Assembly (NCBI GenBank): GCA_963745075.1
Contig: CAVUWV010000018.1
Location: 1-64,000, forward strand
Direction: 5' to 3'
From: Candidatus Hydrogenedentota bacterium
Lineage (GTDB): Bacteria; Hydrogenedentota; Hydrogenedentia; Hydrogenedentales; SLHB01
Length of the DNA: 64,000 nucleotides
Below the pieces are notes generated by a model. The model was not told the origin of the DNA, searched no databases, and saw only the letters and a program-made list of their open reading frames with translations. Both the position numbers and the translations under genes were made by a program. Within the stretch, counting starts at the first letter, position 1; every line of letters begins with the position of its first letter. This document shows, piece by piece, positions 40,251 through 50,572 of the stretch.

Positions 40251-40302
40251 ATACTGAAATTAAATTCAGGTAAATTAAACCATGATTCGGCCCATTTGTC
40301 AA
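40251..40302 (-). promoter_or_regulatory. Sigma70 promoter plus palindromic operator of the dinB-family gene
   Basis: TTGACA(40302-40297)-N17-TTTAAT, then CTGAA-TTTAAT-TTCAG-TAT (40269-40251). Confidence 0.7.
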
Positions 40303-40506
40303 TGCTTTTATTCAGCAGGGCAATCGCAGTTGGTGCATCGTATCCGGTCGACGCTCCGAACCCCGCCAAGCTGGTGCCTGGCGCTCCCAGTGGCGCCACG
40401 ACAGTGCATTCCCGCCGGTTAATCGAAGTCGGCCCCGCCACACACCGGTACTTTTGTGAGAGGGTTCAATGCGTCTGTATAGGATAGAGACGACGTACAG
40501 ACCGTC

Positions 40507-41874
40507 TTACGAAGTCTCTTTGCCGGTGCGGCGGGCTTCGGAATCCCAGCGGCGCTGGAGCAGGAATTCGCTTTTGAGGATGCGGCGCATTTCGTCGAAC
40601 ATGCCGATCACGGCTTCGTCGGTCAAGGCCAGTTCGGCGAGCGACTGCCCACAGGGAACGGAGAGAGCGCTGGGATCTTCGCGCTCTTCGGGTAGCAGAT
40701 GAGCCATGGTGTTGCCGATGGCGGCAACGGCGGCGGCTTCACGGTTCAGTTTGGCGAAGTCCGGCACGTGATGGTAGCGGATGGTTTCGCCGAGTTCGTC
40801 CGGCAATCCCCAGGCTGTCGCGAGCAGGTAGCCGGCTTCCGGATGGCCGATGCCGAGGACTTGTTCTTCGGCTTCGACGAGTTCGATGCCGCGCAACTGC
40901 TGGTCAATGGTGGCGTAGCGCTGCGGTGCGACCTCCGCCAAAGCCAAGCGGCCGATGTCGAGGAGGAGGCCAGCGGTGAAGGTGCCGGGTTTGGCGCCGA
41001 ATCCGGCGGTTCGGGCGACGATTTTGCAGAGCGTGCCGCAGAGCATGGACCGGACCCAGAAAGACCGGTAGTCGAAGGTGCGGGAGCCCTTGATCAGATC
41101 AACGACGGCGGCGGATAAGACGGTGGAATAGGTTTCTTCGAGTCCCAGGAGCGACACGGCCAGGTGAATCGAGGTGATCTGGTGTGGAAACCCGAACGCG
41201 GGCGAGTTGGCGATGCTCAGTAATTTGGCGGAGAGCGGCGCATCGGTGGCGATAATGCCGCCGACTTCTTTCGCGGAGACCTCGGGGTCGTCGATGGCCT
41301 CGCGCACCTTGCGCACGGTGACGGGCAACGCTGGCAGCGTGTGCAATTGGCGAATAACCGTGGGGATTCCGGCGAGACGAAGTTCGGTGCCGATGGTATC
41401 CAGGTGAGATTCCGCTTGGGTCGCGTCCTGGGCAGATTCCTTGCCGTAGCAGCGGTCGATGCCGGCGCGGAGGTCTGCGCCGGAACACAGCACCGGCATC
41501 ACGCTCAAGCCACAGGTCGATTCCAGTTCTTGTATCGTTGCGGTATCCAGGGGGCAAATCATGCCGACCGTGAGGGTGTCGCCCACCCGGTCGAGGGGGA
41601 AGACTTCGTGCTGGATGGCGAATTGCCGGGGGACCAGGGAAAGGACTTCTTCGGGAACGCCGTATCGGCCGATTTCAATCCGGAGCAGGCCTTGCCGCCG
41701 GGCGAGGAACTCCGTGAATTTCTCCGCCGTGATACTTTCGTGGGCGATGAGGTTCTGGACGAGCTTGCCGCCTTCTTTCTTCTGCCGTTCGAGGGCCGCA
41801 ACCAACTGATCTTCACGGATGAGGCCTTCCTCGACGAGCATGGCACCAATGCGTTTCTTGCGCTGCACGGGCAT
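40507..41874 (-). CDS. MshEN (T2SSE_N) - HDOD domain protein
   Basis: RIGAMLVEEGLI..QLVAALERQ; HDOD LPALP..DAPLSAKLLSIANS..SLLG..AGLLLDIGRL..GIGHPEAG..WGLP..IRYHH. Confidence 0.85.
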   Translation of the reverse strand: MPVQRKKRIGAMLVEEGLIREDQLVAALERQKKEGGKLVQNLIAHESITAEKFTEFLARRQGLLRIEIGRYGVPEEVLSLVPRQFAIQHEVFPLDRVGDTLTVGMICPLDTATIQELESTCGLSVMPVLCSGADLRAGIDRCYGKESAQDATQAESHLDTIGTELRLAGIPTVIRQLHTLPALPVTVRKVREAIDDPEVSAKEVGGIIATDAPLSAKLLSIANSPAFGFPHQITSIHLAVSLLGLEETYSTVLSAAVVDLIKGSRTFDYRSFWVRSMLCGTLCKIVARTAGFGAKPGTFTAGLLLDIGRLALAEVAPQRYATIDQQLRGIELVEAEEQVLGIGHPEAGYLLATAWGLPDELGETIRYHHVPDFAKLNREAAAVAAIGNTMAHLLPEEREDPSALSVPCGQSLAELALTDEAVIGMFDEMRRILKSEFLLQRRWDSEARRTGKETS

Positions 41875-42054
41875 GGACGATCTCCTTAACTTGGCCGGAG
41901 CGTTACCGCCTGTTAGTGGTCACCCCAGCCTCTCGACACTTTCACCCCTGTGAACGCACGGTACCGAGTTTCAGTAGAGCATAAGGCCCAGCTTAGTTAC
42001 AATCCAGGTGACATTGGCCGGTTTCTGGGAGCTGGATAGGTCTTTATCCCCTCG

Positions 42055-43154
42055 TCATGTTCTCCGGCCCGCCAGCGTGGCGCTCCGGATCTGGGCGGCA
42101 CGGTCGAAGATTTCTTCGCGGGTGATGCCGGCTTCTTCGTACATGGCGAAGAGGTTGTCGTCGGGGGTTTCGGGGGGACCGTGTGGGAGGCGGCGAGGAT
42201 GTAGCCGCCGCCGTCGGCAGTCATGCCTTCGAGGAGGCGGGTGGTGGCATGGCGGACTTCGTCGGCGGTGCCGTTGGGCAGGAGGTATTGGGTGTCGACG
42301 CCACCCATGAAGGCGAGGCGATCGCCGAATTCGCGTTTGAGTTCGAGGGGATCCATGCCGGGACAGGTGCATTGGACGGGGTTTAACACGTCGATGCCCA
42401 TTTCGATAAGATCGGGGATGATAGGCCGGACGGCGCCGCAACTGTGATACGCGACGGGTAGGCCGTTGGCTTTACCCACGTCGACGACGCGTTGCAGATG
42501 GGGACGGATACGATCGCGCCAACAATCCGGGCTCATGATCATGGATTGCTGGCCCGCGACGTCGTCGCCGGTCCACAGCCAGTCCACGGCGAAGCGGTTG
42601 CAGGCTTTCACGGAGAGGTCGACGGCGTAGTCCGCGCAGCGGCCGAGCATGGTGTCGGTGAGGTCGGGGTCTGTGGCGAGGTCGAGGAGCGCGTATTCCA
42701 TGCCGCGGAGACGCCAGTACATCTCGTAGGCGCAAGGCGACACGTCGACGCCGATGTAGTAGCGGCCGGCATAGTCCATGACCCGGTTCATGTTTGCGAG
42801 AAGGGATTCCTGGGCGTGGTTCGGGAATTCGTAGGCCAGTACCGCGTCGCGATCCAGCCCCGCGAGGGGGTAACGGGTTACTTGGTTGTACTCGCCTTCC
42901 TTGGTCCAGGTGATGCCCCAATCGTCAACGTGGGACTCGCCGTCGCGCTCGTGGACGATGCCTTCCATGGCGTGGTTGTTGTTCACCCAGGCCTGAACGA
43001 TGTCGTTGCCCATGGCCTCCCCCACTTTGTTTGGAAGGACGTTGAGAAGCGATGCGAGGCGGCGTGTCGTGGACGGATGAAACCACATGAAGACGGGAAC
43101 CCGATCGACCGGCTGGCGGTTGAGGGCGGCGACGACACGTTCACACGAGTTCAT
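42055..43154 (-). CDS. Uroporphyrinogen decarboxylase / MtaA-CmuA methyltransferase family protein (frameshift in G6 run 42172-42177)
   Basis: DRVP, DDWG, LRGME, GDDVAGQ, YHSCG, LNPVQ, GGVDTQ..LP.GT, GGYILAASH; C-terminus PETPDDNLFAMYEE in the next frame. Confidence 0.85.
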
Positions 43155-43934
43155 AGGATTCGGTTTCCCCCTGGATCGATTCTGAGTCGAGAGCGTAAAG
43201 CATTGAACGATTGCTATGTTCGCTGACCGACTCGATTACCGGTTTCCGAGCGCTCCATGATGAACGAAGTGCCCCCAAAAACCGACAACGTTGACAGGAT
43301 CTCGGCGTCCCCGACTCAGTCAAAACGCACCCCACATTTACCACGGGAGTTCATGCGGGGTCCAGAAAAACCGTTAGAATCGGGAACGGAGTGGTGAATT
43401 CGCGGTAACCGGATCTGTCAGTAAAGCGGCTTCAAAAAAACGTAAGATACTGTAAATAAACATCTTATACAGAAAACCAATATCGCAATTGCCTTCCATC
43501 ATTGGCGGGCGAATAGGCCATAAAACTTATTGACGAAAAGGCTAGAATAAGAATATTATAGACACTGGTGTTTTGGGGAGCAACGAGCCGGTAACATTCT
43601 GGCGGGGATGGTGCATTAAGTTCGCGTAGACGCGGTGCGGGGTGCAGCGCGGTTCATGGTATTTCGTTGAGCATGCCTTCATACTCAAACCGAAATTGGT
43701 GCATTTGAGCGTACGTGTTTGTCTTTCGTTGTCGGTCGGGGCCATCACGGCTCGCGAATCGAAGCGGCGCGGTTTTCGCGCCTTGGGGGGAACAGCGGCA
43801 ATAAGAAACGTCTCGGAATGACACGGCGGCGAAGTAGGCCGAATCCGTTTAGGGAAATTGGTTTCGATTGAATTGTGATTTGTATTCGTTTGGGAATTGT
43901 ACATGCGGGCAACTGAAGGGGAGGGAATCCGGCA

Positions 43935-44855
43935 ATGAAAAGGTTATCGGTAGTCATGTTATGTGTAATGTGCGTGTGTTTTTTTGGCGTCGCGCCCAAG
44001 GCGTCGGCGCAGGCCATTATCGTCGATTTCGACGCGGCGATAACGAGCACCACGGAAGATCCGGCTACGTTTGAGGGCAACGTGAATTCCATCCTGGACA
44101 GTGATGAATTCGCGTTATTGGCTGCCATTCTTGCGGATACCGGCAAACCGCAACACACGGCAGTTCGTGCAGCGTGGGTCCAAAACCGCGCGCAGATGAC
44201 CAGCGATCTTGGCATTTTCGATTCAATTTATGGTACGGCGCTGGCCGGTTACATGACGCTCGGCGATGCCACTTCGGTTGCCGCAGTGGTGGCGTTAGCC
44301 GGCGGTGCCGGCGTTACAATTAATCCGGCCGACTATGATTTAACCCAGTCGGTGGTGCTTGCGTACAACGCGGATCCGGACTCGGATAGTCTCGATAACA
44401 CCACGGAGTATACGGCAATCGCGGGGACGGGCGGTCCGAGTTCGGCGAAGCGAGCGCAGTACATCGTGGATGCGCTCACAGCCTCGACGTTCAGCTTCAC
44501 GACGCAGCCGCAAGGCGCAAATCTCTTTATCGGAGGGAATCACACCTTTACCGTGGCGACCGCGAACGGCGTTGCACCGCTTCATTACCAGTGGAAACGC
44601 GGCGCGACGAACGTCGGTACGGATTCTGCGTCCTTGACCATCAGCAATGCACAGCTCAGTGATGCGGGGTCGTACACCTGCACGGTAACCGACTCGGATT
44701 CGCCAACGCCGGGGGAGATTACCTCGAATGCAGCGACCCTGAACGTGTATGATGCCGGGTCGTTGCCGGCTGCGGGCATCTACGGTTTGATCCTGTTGGG
44801 ATTCCTTTGTGTCGGCGCTGGGGTTTTCGCTATCCGGCGGGTTGCCCATCGTTAG
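43935..44855 (+). CDS. Secreted Ig-domain protein with C-terminal sorting-type tail
   Basis: Signal peptide; Ig I-set (FTTQPQ..YQWKRG..LTISNAQLSDAGSYTCTV); LPAAG-TM-RR tail. Confidence 0.85.
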   Translation: MKRLSVVMLCVMCVCFFGVAPKASAQAIIVDFDAAITSTTEDPATFEGNVNSILDSDEFALLAAILADTGKPQHTAVRAAWVQNRAQMTSDLGIFDSIYGTALAGYMTLGDATSVAAVVALAGGAGVTINPADYDLTQSVVLAYNADPDSDSLDNTTEYTAIAGTGGPSSAKRAQYIVDALTASTFSFTTQPQGANLFIGGNHTFTVATANGVAPLHYQWKRGATNVGTDSASLTISNAQLSDAGSYTCTVTDSDSPTPGEITSNAATLNVYDAGSLPAAGIYGLILLGFLCVGAGVFAIRRVAHR

Positions 44856-44888
44856 GCCACTCACAAGACCCGAATCGTGATTGACAAT

Positions 44889-44929
44889 GCGAGGCGGACG
44901 GTCGTGAAACCGTGCGCCTCGCTTTTTTT
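44889..44929 (+). terminator. Intrinsic terminator
   Basis: GCGAGGCGGACGGT/ACCGTGCGCCTCGC stem followed by T7. Confidence 0.75.
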
Positions 44930-45087
44930 CGCGGCGTTGCGCCGGTTCGGATAGTGACGGGTCGAGGTATAGGAAGCTGTCAGGCGTCGAACGTTTCACG
45001 GCCGTCGCGTTCAAAGAATGGCTTGATGAAGCGCAGTGATGCTGGATTCCGGCCGCGTTGGAGGGACGTTGCCGTATCCGCGGCGCG

Positions 45088-46266
45088 TTACTTTCCTTCA
45101 CCTGAAGTTGGCAGGCCGGGGATGTACAGATCGGCGCAACCCGGGCGGGTGGCGATTTTGCGGTCGCATTCAATTCCCCACATTTCCCAGCCGCCGTCGA
45201 TGTAGTTGTCGTTGTCGGGGCGTCCGCAGGCTTGGACGAAGAGATACCAGTTGCCGTCAATGTCGTATAGGGCGGGCGTGGCGACGTGATACATGGTGTC
45301 ATCACTGTAGAGCCCTTGCCATTTCGTCTGTAGCATCGTGTCGATATCGAGTTGCGTCCAACCTTTCACCGGATCCGTGCTGACTGCGAGTCCGGGACGC
45401 CAACGCGCGCCGTGCTCCACACCCACTTCGATGCAAAGGATGTAGGTATTGTCGACTTTGAATGCTTGGTGCCATTCGTAATAGGCGTTAGGGGTCGATT
45501 CGAAGATCTGTCCCATGCCGCGCGGATCGCTTTCGTTGAAGTGCCGGGTCCAGGCCTTTCCGTCGGTGGAGGTGGCAAGGCGAATACCGGGCAGGACGCC
45601 GTCGCGGCCGCGGTAGGAGTAATACATGTACCAGTCCCAGCGCTGCTCGGCTTCGTTCCATTCGCGCATGACGGCGGCTTGGGAGGCCATGTCTTCGTAG
45701 TACGGCGCGGCCGGTTCGGGAGCTAAGCACGGGTGCGTCGCCGTAGCGCTTGATGTTGGCGGAGGTGACCTGCGAGTACCCGTCTTCCCCGACTGGGCAA
45801 ATCGCGAGACCGATGTGGTCCTGTACGTTGCCGGTGGTGCCGGAGTAGTAGATGTAGTAGGCGTCCTCCTCGGGGATGTAGAGCACCGTGTCGAGGCGAA
45901 TGGATCCGGAATCCCAGCCTTGTATCCGGAAGGGCCGAAGATGGGGTTCGCGTCGTCTTGATGCCACTTGAATGGATTGCTCGCATCAGCCCAGGCCTTT
46001 CCTACGGCCGCGACGGCACGGTTCGATGCCGAAACGGCGGAATAGAACATGATGAGACGTCCCGGCACTTTGGGGTTGGGAACGATGCAGGGTTCTTCGA
46101 TTTGTTGCGACATCCAATCATGGCTGGCGCGGGCAAGTACGATTTCGCCGTGGACGGCGTCGGGGATGGCGGTTTGGGCATATGCCCGGTCGGGGCGCCA
46201 GAAAGACCATCCGGCAAGTAGACCTACAACAATGACGGATTCTGCTATTCGCGATGACGACCTCAT
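45088..46266 (-). CDS. Secreted five-bladed beta-propeller glycosidase-like protein (two compensating frameshifts ~45920 and ~45725)
   Basis: Repeats EPCIV..MFYS, WDSGSIRLDTV..YYIYYSG (alternate frame), WYMYYS..IRLATSTDG, VATPALY..WYLF. Confidence 0.65.
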   Translation of the reverse strand: MRSSSRIAESVIVVGLLAGWSFWRPDRAYAQTAIPDAVHGEIVLARASHDWMSQQIEEPCIVPNPKVPGRLIMFYSAVSASNRAVAAVGKAWADASNPFKWHQDDANPIFGPSGYKAGIPDPFASTRCSTSPRRTPTTSTTPAPPATYRTTSVSRFAQSGKTGTRRSPPPTSSATATHPCLAPEPAAPYYEDMASQAAVMREWNEAEQRWDWYMYYSYRGRDGVLPGIRLATSTDGKAWTRHFNESDPRGMGQIFESTPNAYYEWHQAFKVDNTYILCIEVGVEHGARWRPGLAVSTDPVKGWTQLDIDTMLQTKWQGLYSDDTMYHVATPALYDIDGNWYLFVQACGRPDNDNYIDGGWEMWGIECDRKIATRPGCADLYIPGLPTSGEGK

Positions 46267-46368
46267 ATCCAACCTCTCCATAAAACGATCCGGGAGCGTC
46301 TCCGTCCCGCCTTGTGGGGTGGTGTGATTGGAACGGAATTCATTGCCGGAGTTCAAGTGGACGCAGGT

Positions 46369-47082
46369 TCAATCACTCCCGCCCGCTCGAATCCGGAATG
46401 CCTCGATCTTCCAGTCCGGGTCTTTCGTGAGGTGCAGGACCGTGGGTTGGACGTAGCGCGGGGCATCCAGCGGCGGGGATACGTAATCGGGATCTTCCGT
46501 CGGGAAGAACGTGAGGTCGAAGCGCAACGTTGCACGCGGCATTTCCAACGTTCCGTCTTCATAGGTGTGGACGGCGAAGGTGCCCCAGTGCTCGCGGATC
46601 GCGCGGAGGTCGTCGTCCGATTCGCCTGATTCAACGGGAAAACAGTCGATCCGGCCTTCTTTGGCCGCAGCACTTGCGGCGCCCGGCGGATAGGCGATTT
46701 CGAGGGTCTTGGGGGTTAGCACAATCCCCAGTTCGGCCTTTGGATCGGTTCCGAATACCGCGTGGAGCGGTTCCAGAATTCGTGTTTGTTGGGTCATGAC
46801 GTCTTCGTCCATGGCGATGCGGAATTCCTCTCGAATAAACCTGCGGAAATCGTCGGACAGTTTCTCAATGAAGTTCTTGGATTGTTGCTCGGGTTCTTCG
46901 GGGGGCAGGATACCACCGCCGAGGCCGCAATACAGCACGTACTGGGTTAACGCGTAGGTGATCGCGTATTCGTCGTCGGTCTCCGCGCGCGTTGGGTGGT
47001 TTGTGGGGTGAAGGCTCGCGCAGGAGAACGATGCGATGACGGTTAGAACGGCGATGAGTGTATTCAACCGGAGGAGTGTCAT
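46369..47082 (-). CDS. Hypothetical (lipo)protein
   Basis: Hydrophobic N-terminus ending SFSC; AAAGGA RBS. Confidence 0.6.
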   Translation of the reverse strand: MTLLRLNTLIAVLTVIASFSCASLHPTNHPTRAETDDEYAITYALTQYVLYCGLGGGILPPEEPEQQSKNFIEKLSDDFRRFIREEFRIAMDEDVMTQQTRILEPLHAVFGTDPKAELGIVLTPKTLEIAYPPGAASAAAKEGRIDCFPVESGESDDDLRAIREHWGTFAVHTYEDGTLEMPRATLRFDLTFFPTEDPDYVSPPLDAPRYVQPTVLHLTKDPDWKIEAFRIRAGGSD

Positions 47083-47290
47083 AGCGATTCCTTTCCCGCA
47101 CGACGTATTTGCGCGCGCTGTTTAGAACCTATCCGACGACGAACGGCCTCTAGATGACCAATCACCTTTCGCATAGGTACGACCTATATGAAAAGTATAT
47201 TACTGTTTCTGCGCCACAGTGCTACGATATGGAAGGTTCAATAGAGGAAAGGGTGCGATTGGTCGCGAGTAGTCGAAGGAGGTTTCTCGG

Positions 47291-48070
47291 ATGCAGGGTT
47301 CTGCGACACGGTATGGATGGTTCTCAGCAATTCTCGTGGCCTTCTTTATCCCAGGAGCGGGACCGCTAACGGGTTGTGGTAAGAAGCCGGTGCCGGAGGC
47401 GGCCGGACTTATGACGGCGCCATACAAGATGCCGGACTTTAGCGGAATCACGATTTCGTATCCCGAAGCAAAGCGTTTTGAAACGAAGACGACGAAGGGG
47501 GCGGAGCAATACTACATGGTGCAAGAGCCGGAAACGCTCAGCGCGAACGCGCCCATGCTCCTCTACATGCACGGGGCGGATGGCGACGAGACGCAAGGGA
47601 TGGATCCGGAATATGCGGAGGGCACATTCGCGCGATTGCGATCGCTCCTGGCCCAACGGGGTTGGCTCTATGTCACGGCACGGAAAGCCGAGTATGAAGG
47701 ATTGCGAAAGGAACTGGAGGTGAAGTACGGCAAACGGCCTATCGTGCTTTCCGGATCGTCTTTGGGCGGCAAACAGTCGCTCACGGAGGCGATGCTTCAC
47801 CCCGATTTGTATGCAGGCGTGATCGTGATGTGCCCGGCCCTTCCACTCTCGGACCCCGGCCCCGCGCAACGTCTCACGATGCCGGTCTATATCGAAAGCG
47901 GCGAAAAGGATGTGTTGATTGCATCGGTGTCGCGCATGGTACTGGGAGCGATGAAACGGAAAGGACGGCCTTTCATCTACAAGGAGATTCCGGAGGGAAC
48001 GCACCGCACGCCCATCGAGCAGATCGATTGGGTAGGGGCGCTGGAATTCGTCGACGCCAATCGGCCGTAA
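47291..48070 (+). CDS. Alpha/beta hydrolase lipoprotein (esterase-like)
   Basis: LTGC lipobox, YMHG oxyanion, GSSLGG nucleophile, GEKD, EGTH. Confidence 0.8.
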   Translation: MQGSATRYGWFSAILVAFFIPGAGPLTGCGKKPVPEAAGLMTAPYKMPDFSGITISYPEAKRFETKTTKGAEQYYMVQEPETLSANAPMLLYMHGADGDETQGMDPEYAEGTFARLRSLLAQRGWLYVTARKAEYEGLRKELEVKYGKRPIVLSGSSLGGKQSLTEAMLHPDLYAGVIVMCPALPLSDPGPAQRLTMPVYIESGEKDVLIASVSRMVLGAMKRKGRPFIYKEIPEGTHRTPIEQIDWVGALEFVDANRP

Positions 48071-48283
48071 CACGTCTTTCAGTGCTGCGCATGAGTGCGA
48101 TCATTGTCGATTGCGCGGTCATATTCGTTGCCTCACGGGAATTGCGTCGCGATACCGGGCTATTGGCGGTGGTGGCGGCGCGAATGGTACAATTTGTGGA
48201 ATACGGACGGGCGCGGTTTGGCGCGCCTCGGGCTGGAATTTGGCCTTAGGGGGGAGTCCGTGAGAACAGGGGGAAATCGCGTT

Positions 48284-49039
48284 ATGGAAGATGTGCGACA
48301 AGGCTGGTTGGATGGCGATCCGAACCATTGCGGGCGGACCGATCCGCATCCGAGCCGGCCATTTCGAATCATATTGTTGGGCGCGCCGGGCGCCGGGAAA
48401 GGTACGCAAGCGGAGTTGTTGAGCGACCGGTTGCGGCCATGCCAGTTATCGACGGGGGACGTGTTCCGCGCGGCAAAGTGTGCGAGTTCTGAGGCGCTGA
48501 CGGTGGTGATGCGCGATGCGATGGAGGCCATGAAGGCTGGGAAGCTTGTGTCGGACGATACGGTCATCGACATGGTGCGGGAACGGGTCCACTGCGTCAC
48601 GTGCAGCTACGGGTTCATGTTGGACGGATTTCCGCGGACGGTGTCTCAGGCGGAAGCGCTGGACGAGCTGCTGGCGGAGCACGATCTGGAAGTGGACGTG
48701 GTGTTGAACTACGACCTTCCGGTGGAAACGGTCGTGCGGCGGTTGAGCGGGCGGCGTACGTGCCGGTCGTGCAAGACCACGTTTCATGTGGAGACAAAGC
48801 CGCCGAAGGTGGAAGGCGTGTGTGACAAGTGCGGCGGGGAATTGTTCCAGCGTGATGACGACAAGGCGGACTCGATTCGCGTGCGGCTGAAGGCGTATGA
48901 GGAAAGCACATCGCCGTTGGCGGCGTATTACGATGCGAAGGGACTGTTGTGCACCGTGTCCGCGGAGGGTAATCCGGCAGAGGTGTTTGCGCGGACGTTG
49001 ACGTCACTGGAGGAGCGATTTGGCGCGTTGCCCGCGTAA
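48284..49039 (+). CDS. adk: Adenylate kinase (Zn-lid type, N-terminal extension)
   Basis: GAPGAGKGTQA, STGDVFR, LDGFPRT, CRSC..CDKC lid, QRDDD. Confidence 0.93.
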   Translation: MEDVRQGWLDGDPNHCGRTDPHPSRPFRIILLGAPGAGKGTQAELLSDRLRPCQLSTGDVFRAAKCASSEALTVVMRDAMEAMKAGKLVSDDTVIDMVRERVHCVTCSYGFMLDGFPRTVSQAEALDELLAEHDLEVDVVLNYDLPVETVVRRLSGRRTCRSCKTTFHVETKPPKVEGVCDKCGGELFQRDDDKADSIRVRLKAYEESTSPLAAYYDAKGLLCTVSAEGNPAEVFARTLTSLEERFGALPA

Positions 49040-49063
49040 GGGTTCCGTGATGAAAGGACGTGT

Positions 49064-50572
49064 GTGAAGCGCAAACACGACACGTACCTTCTGGGAATCG
49101 ACGCCGGCACGACGATGCTGAAAGCGGCGATATTCGATGCGCGAACCGGCGCGTTAGTGGCCGGAGCGTCGCGACGATTGATGACTACAATTACGCAGGA
49201 CGGTGGGCGTGAACAGACGCCGGACGCCGTCCTGCGTTCGCTTTCCGGCGCGTTAGAATCGCTGCGAAAACGTGCGGGCGCGCGATGGGAACGCGTCGGC
49301 GGCGTGGGGCTGGCGGCACAGGGCGGAAGCAGCATCATCGCGGACCGGGTGACCGGCCGCGCGCACACACCGATGGTTCTTTGGAACGACGGGCGAACGC
49401 GGTCCTACGACGCGCGGATTGCCGCGCGCTGTTTACCTTCCTATTGGCGCCGGATCGCCCTGCGCGACGTGCCGCCTGCGGGCCTGGGACGTTTGCTGTG
49501 GTTGCGGGAAACGCATGGCGACCTGTTCCACGGCGGGAACATCCATTGCGGCGCCGGGGAGTTTTTGTTGTTTCACTTGACCGGTGTCTGGCGGCAAGAC
49601 CCCGGGCATGCGATCCAAATTGGCGGATATGACGCGGCAAAAGCGAAACTCGCACAGGGTCCGTTAAACCTCGTCGGCGTACTGTTGTCGTTTTTCGCGC
49701 CATTACGCGAGGGGCATGAAACGTCGCCCCTCTCCCCCGCTGCCGCGAAACGATTCCATTTGCGCGCGGGCATTCCGGTCGCCGGGCCGTATATCGATCA
49801 GGAGGCGGGTTACCTTGCCGCGATTGGCGCTGTGAAACGGCCGTTGCAGTGTTCGCTGGGCACGGCGTGGGTTGGTAATTTTACGTTGCCACCGCAATGG
49901 CAGGGCGGGTCGCCGTTTCAACTGGTGCTGCCGAATCCGGCAGGCAAGGGTCGGCTGATCGTGCAACCGCTATTGAGCGGCAATGCGGCGTGGGACTGGG
50001 CGCTGGCGTCGCTACTGGGGAGTACGGATGCGCGGGCATTGCGCCGAGCGGAACGCATTCTTCGCGAAGCACCGTTGCCTCCGTCCGGGCTTGCGGCTGT
50101 TCCGTGGCACACGCAAGGGAATTCATTGGAGCATGGCGCGGTCGGCGCAGGAACTGTCTTTGGCATCAATCCCGCTACGAGTCGTGAGGACATGATTCGC
50201 GCGATCGCCGCGGGAATGGTGTGCGAGTTGCGGAGGGTCTTTGACGCGGTGGTCCGGCACCCGGTCTGCGATGGTGTGGTGCTGTGCGGCGGGACGAGCA
50301 AGAGCAGCCATATTCGGCGCCTCATCGCGACCGCGTTTGCGCCGATGCCTGTGCTTCGGATCGTCGACGAGGATTATGCGACGGCACGGGGTGCACTGTA
50401 CGGATTGCAGAAAGGGGCCGCGCGGTGCTCGACGGATCGGTGCAAGCCTTTGGGGAAGCGCTGGACATCGGAATTCGATTCCTGTTACGAAACCTATCTC
50501 CGGCTGTTTGAGCGACTGTACGACGACGTGCACTCGGGCAAGGCGTTCACGATTCGCAAGGAGCGGAAATGA
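49064..50572 (+). CDS. FGGY family carbohydrate kinase
   Basis: LGIDAGTTMLKA, LWNDGR, DQEA, SLGT, LCGG. Confidence 0.85.
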   Translation: MKRKHDTYLLGIDAGTTMLKAAIFDARTGALVAGASRRLMTTITQDGGREQTPDAVLRSLSGALESLRKRAGARWERVGGVGLAAQGGSSIIADRVTGRAHTPMVLWNDGRTRSYDARIAARCLPSYWRRIALRDVPPAGLGRLLWLRETHGDLFHGGNIHCGAGEFLLFHLTGVWRQDPGHAIQIGGYDAAKAKLAQGPLNLVGVLLSFFAPLREGHETSPLSPAAAKRFHLRAGIPVAGPYIDQEAGYLAAIGAVKRPLQCSLGTAWVGNFTLPPQWQGGSPFQLVLPNPAGKGRLIVQPLLSGNAAWDWALASLLGSTDARALRRAERILREAPLPPSGLAAVPWHTQGNSLEHGAVGAGTVFGINPATSREDMIRAIAAGMVCELRRVFDAVVRHPVCDGVVLCGGTSKSSHIRRLIATAFAPMPVLRIVDEDYATARGALYGLQKGAARCSTDRCKPLGKRWTSEFDSCYETYLRLFERLYDDVHSGKAFTIRKERK

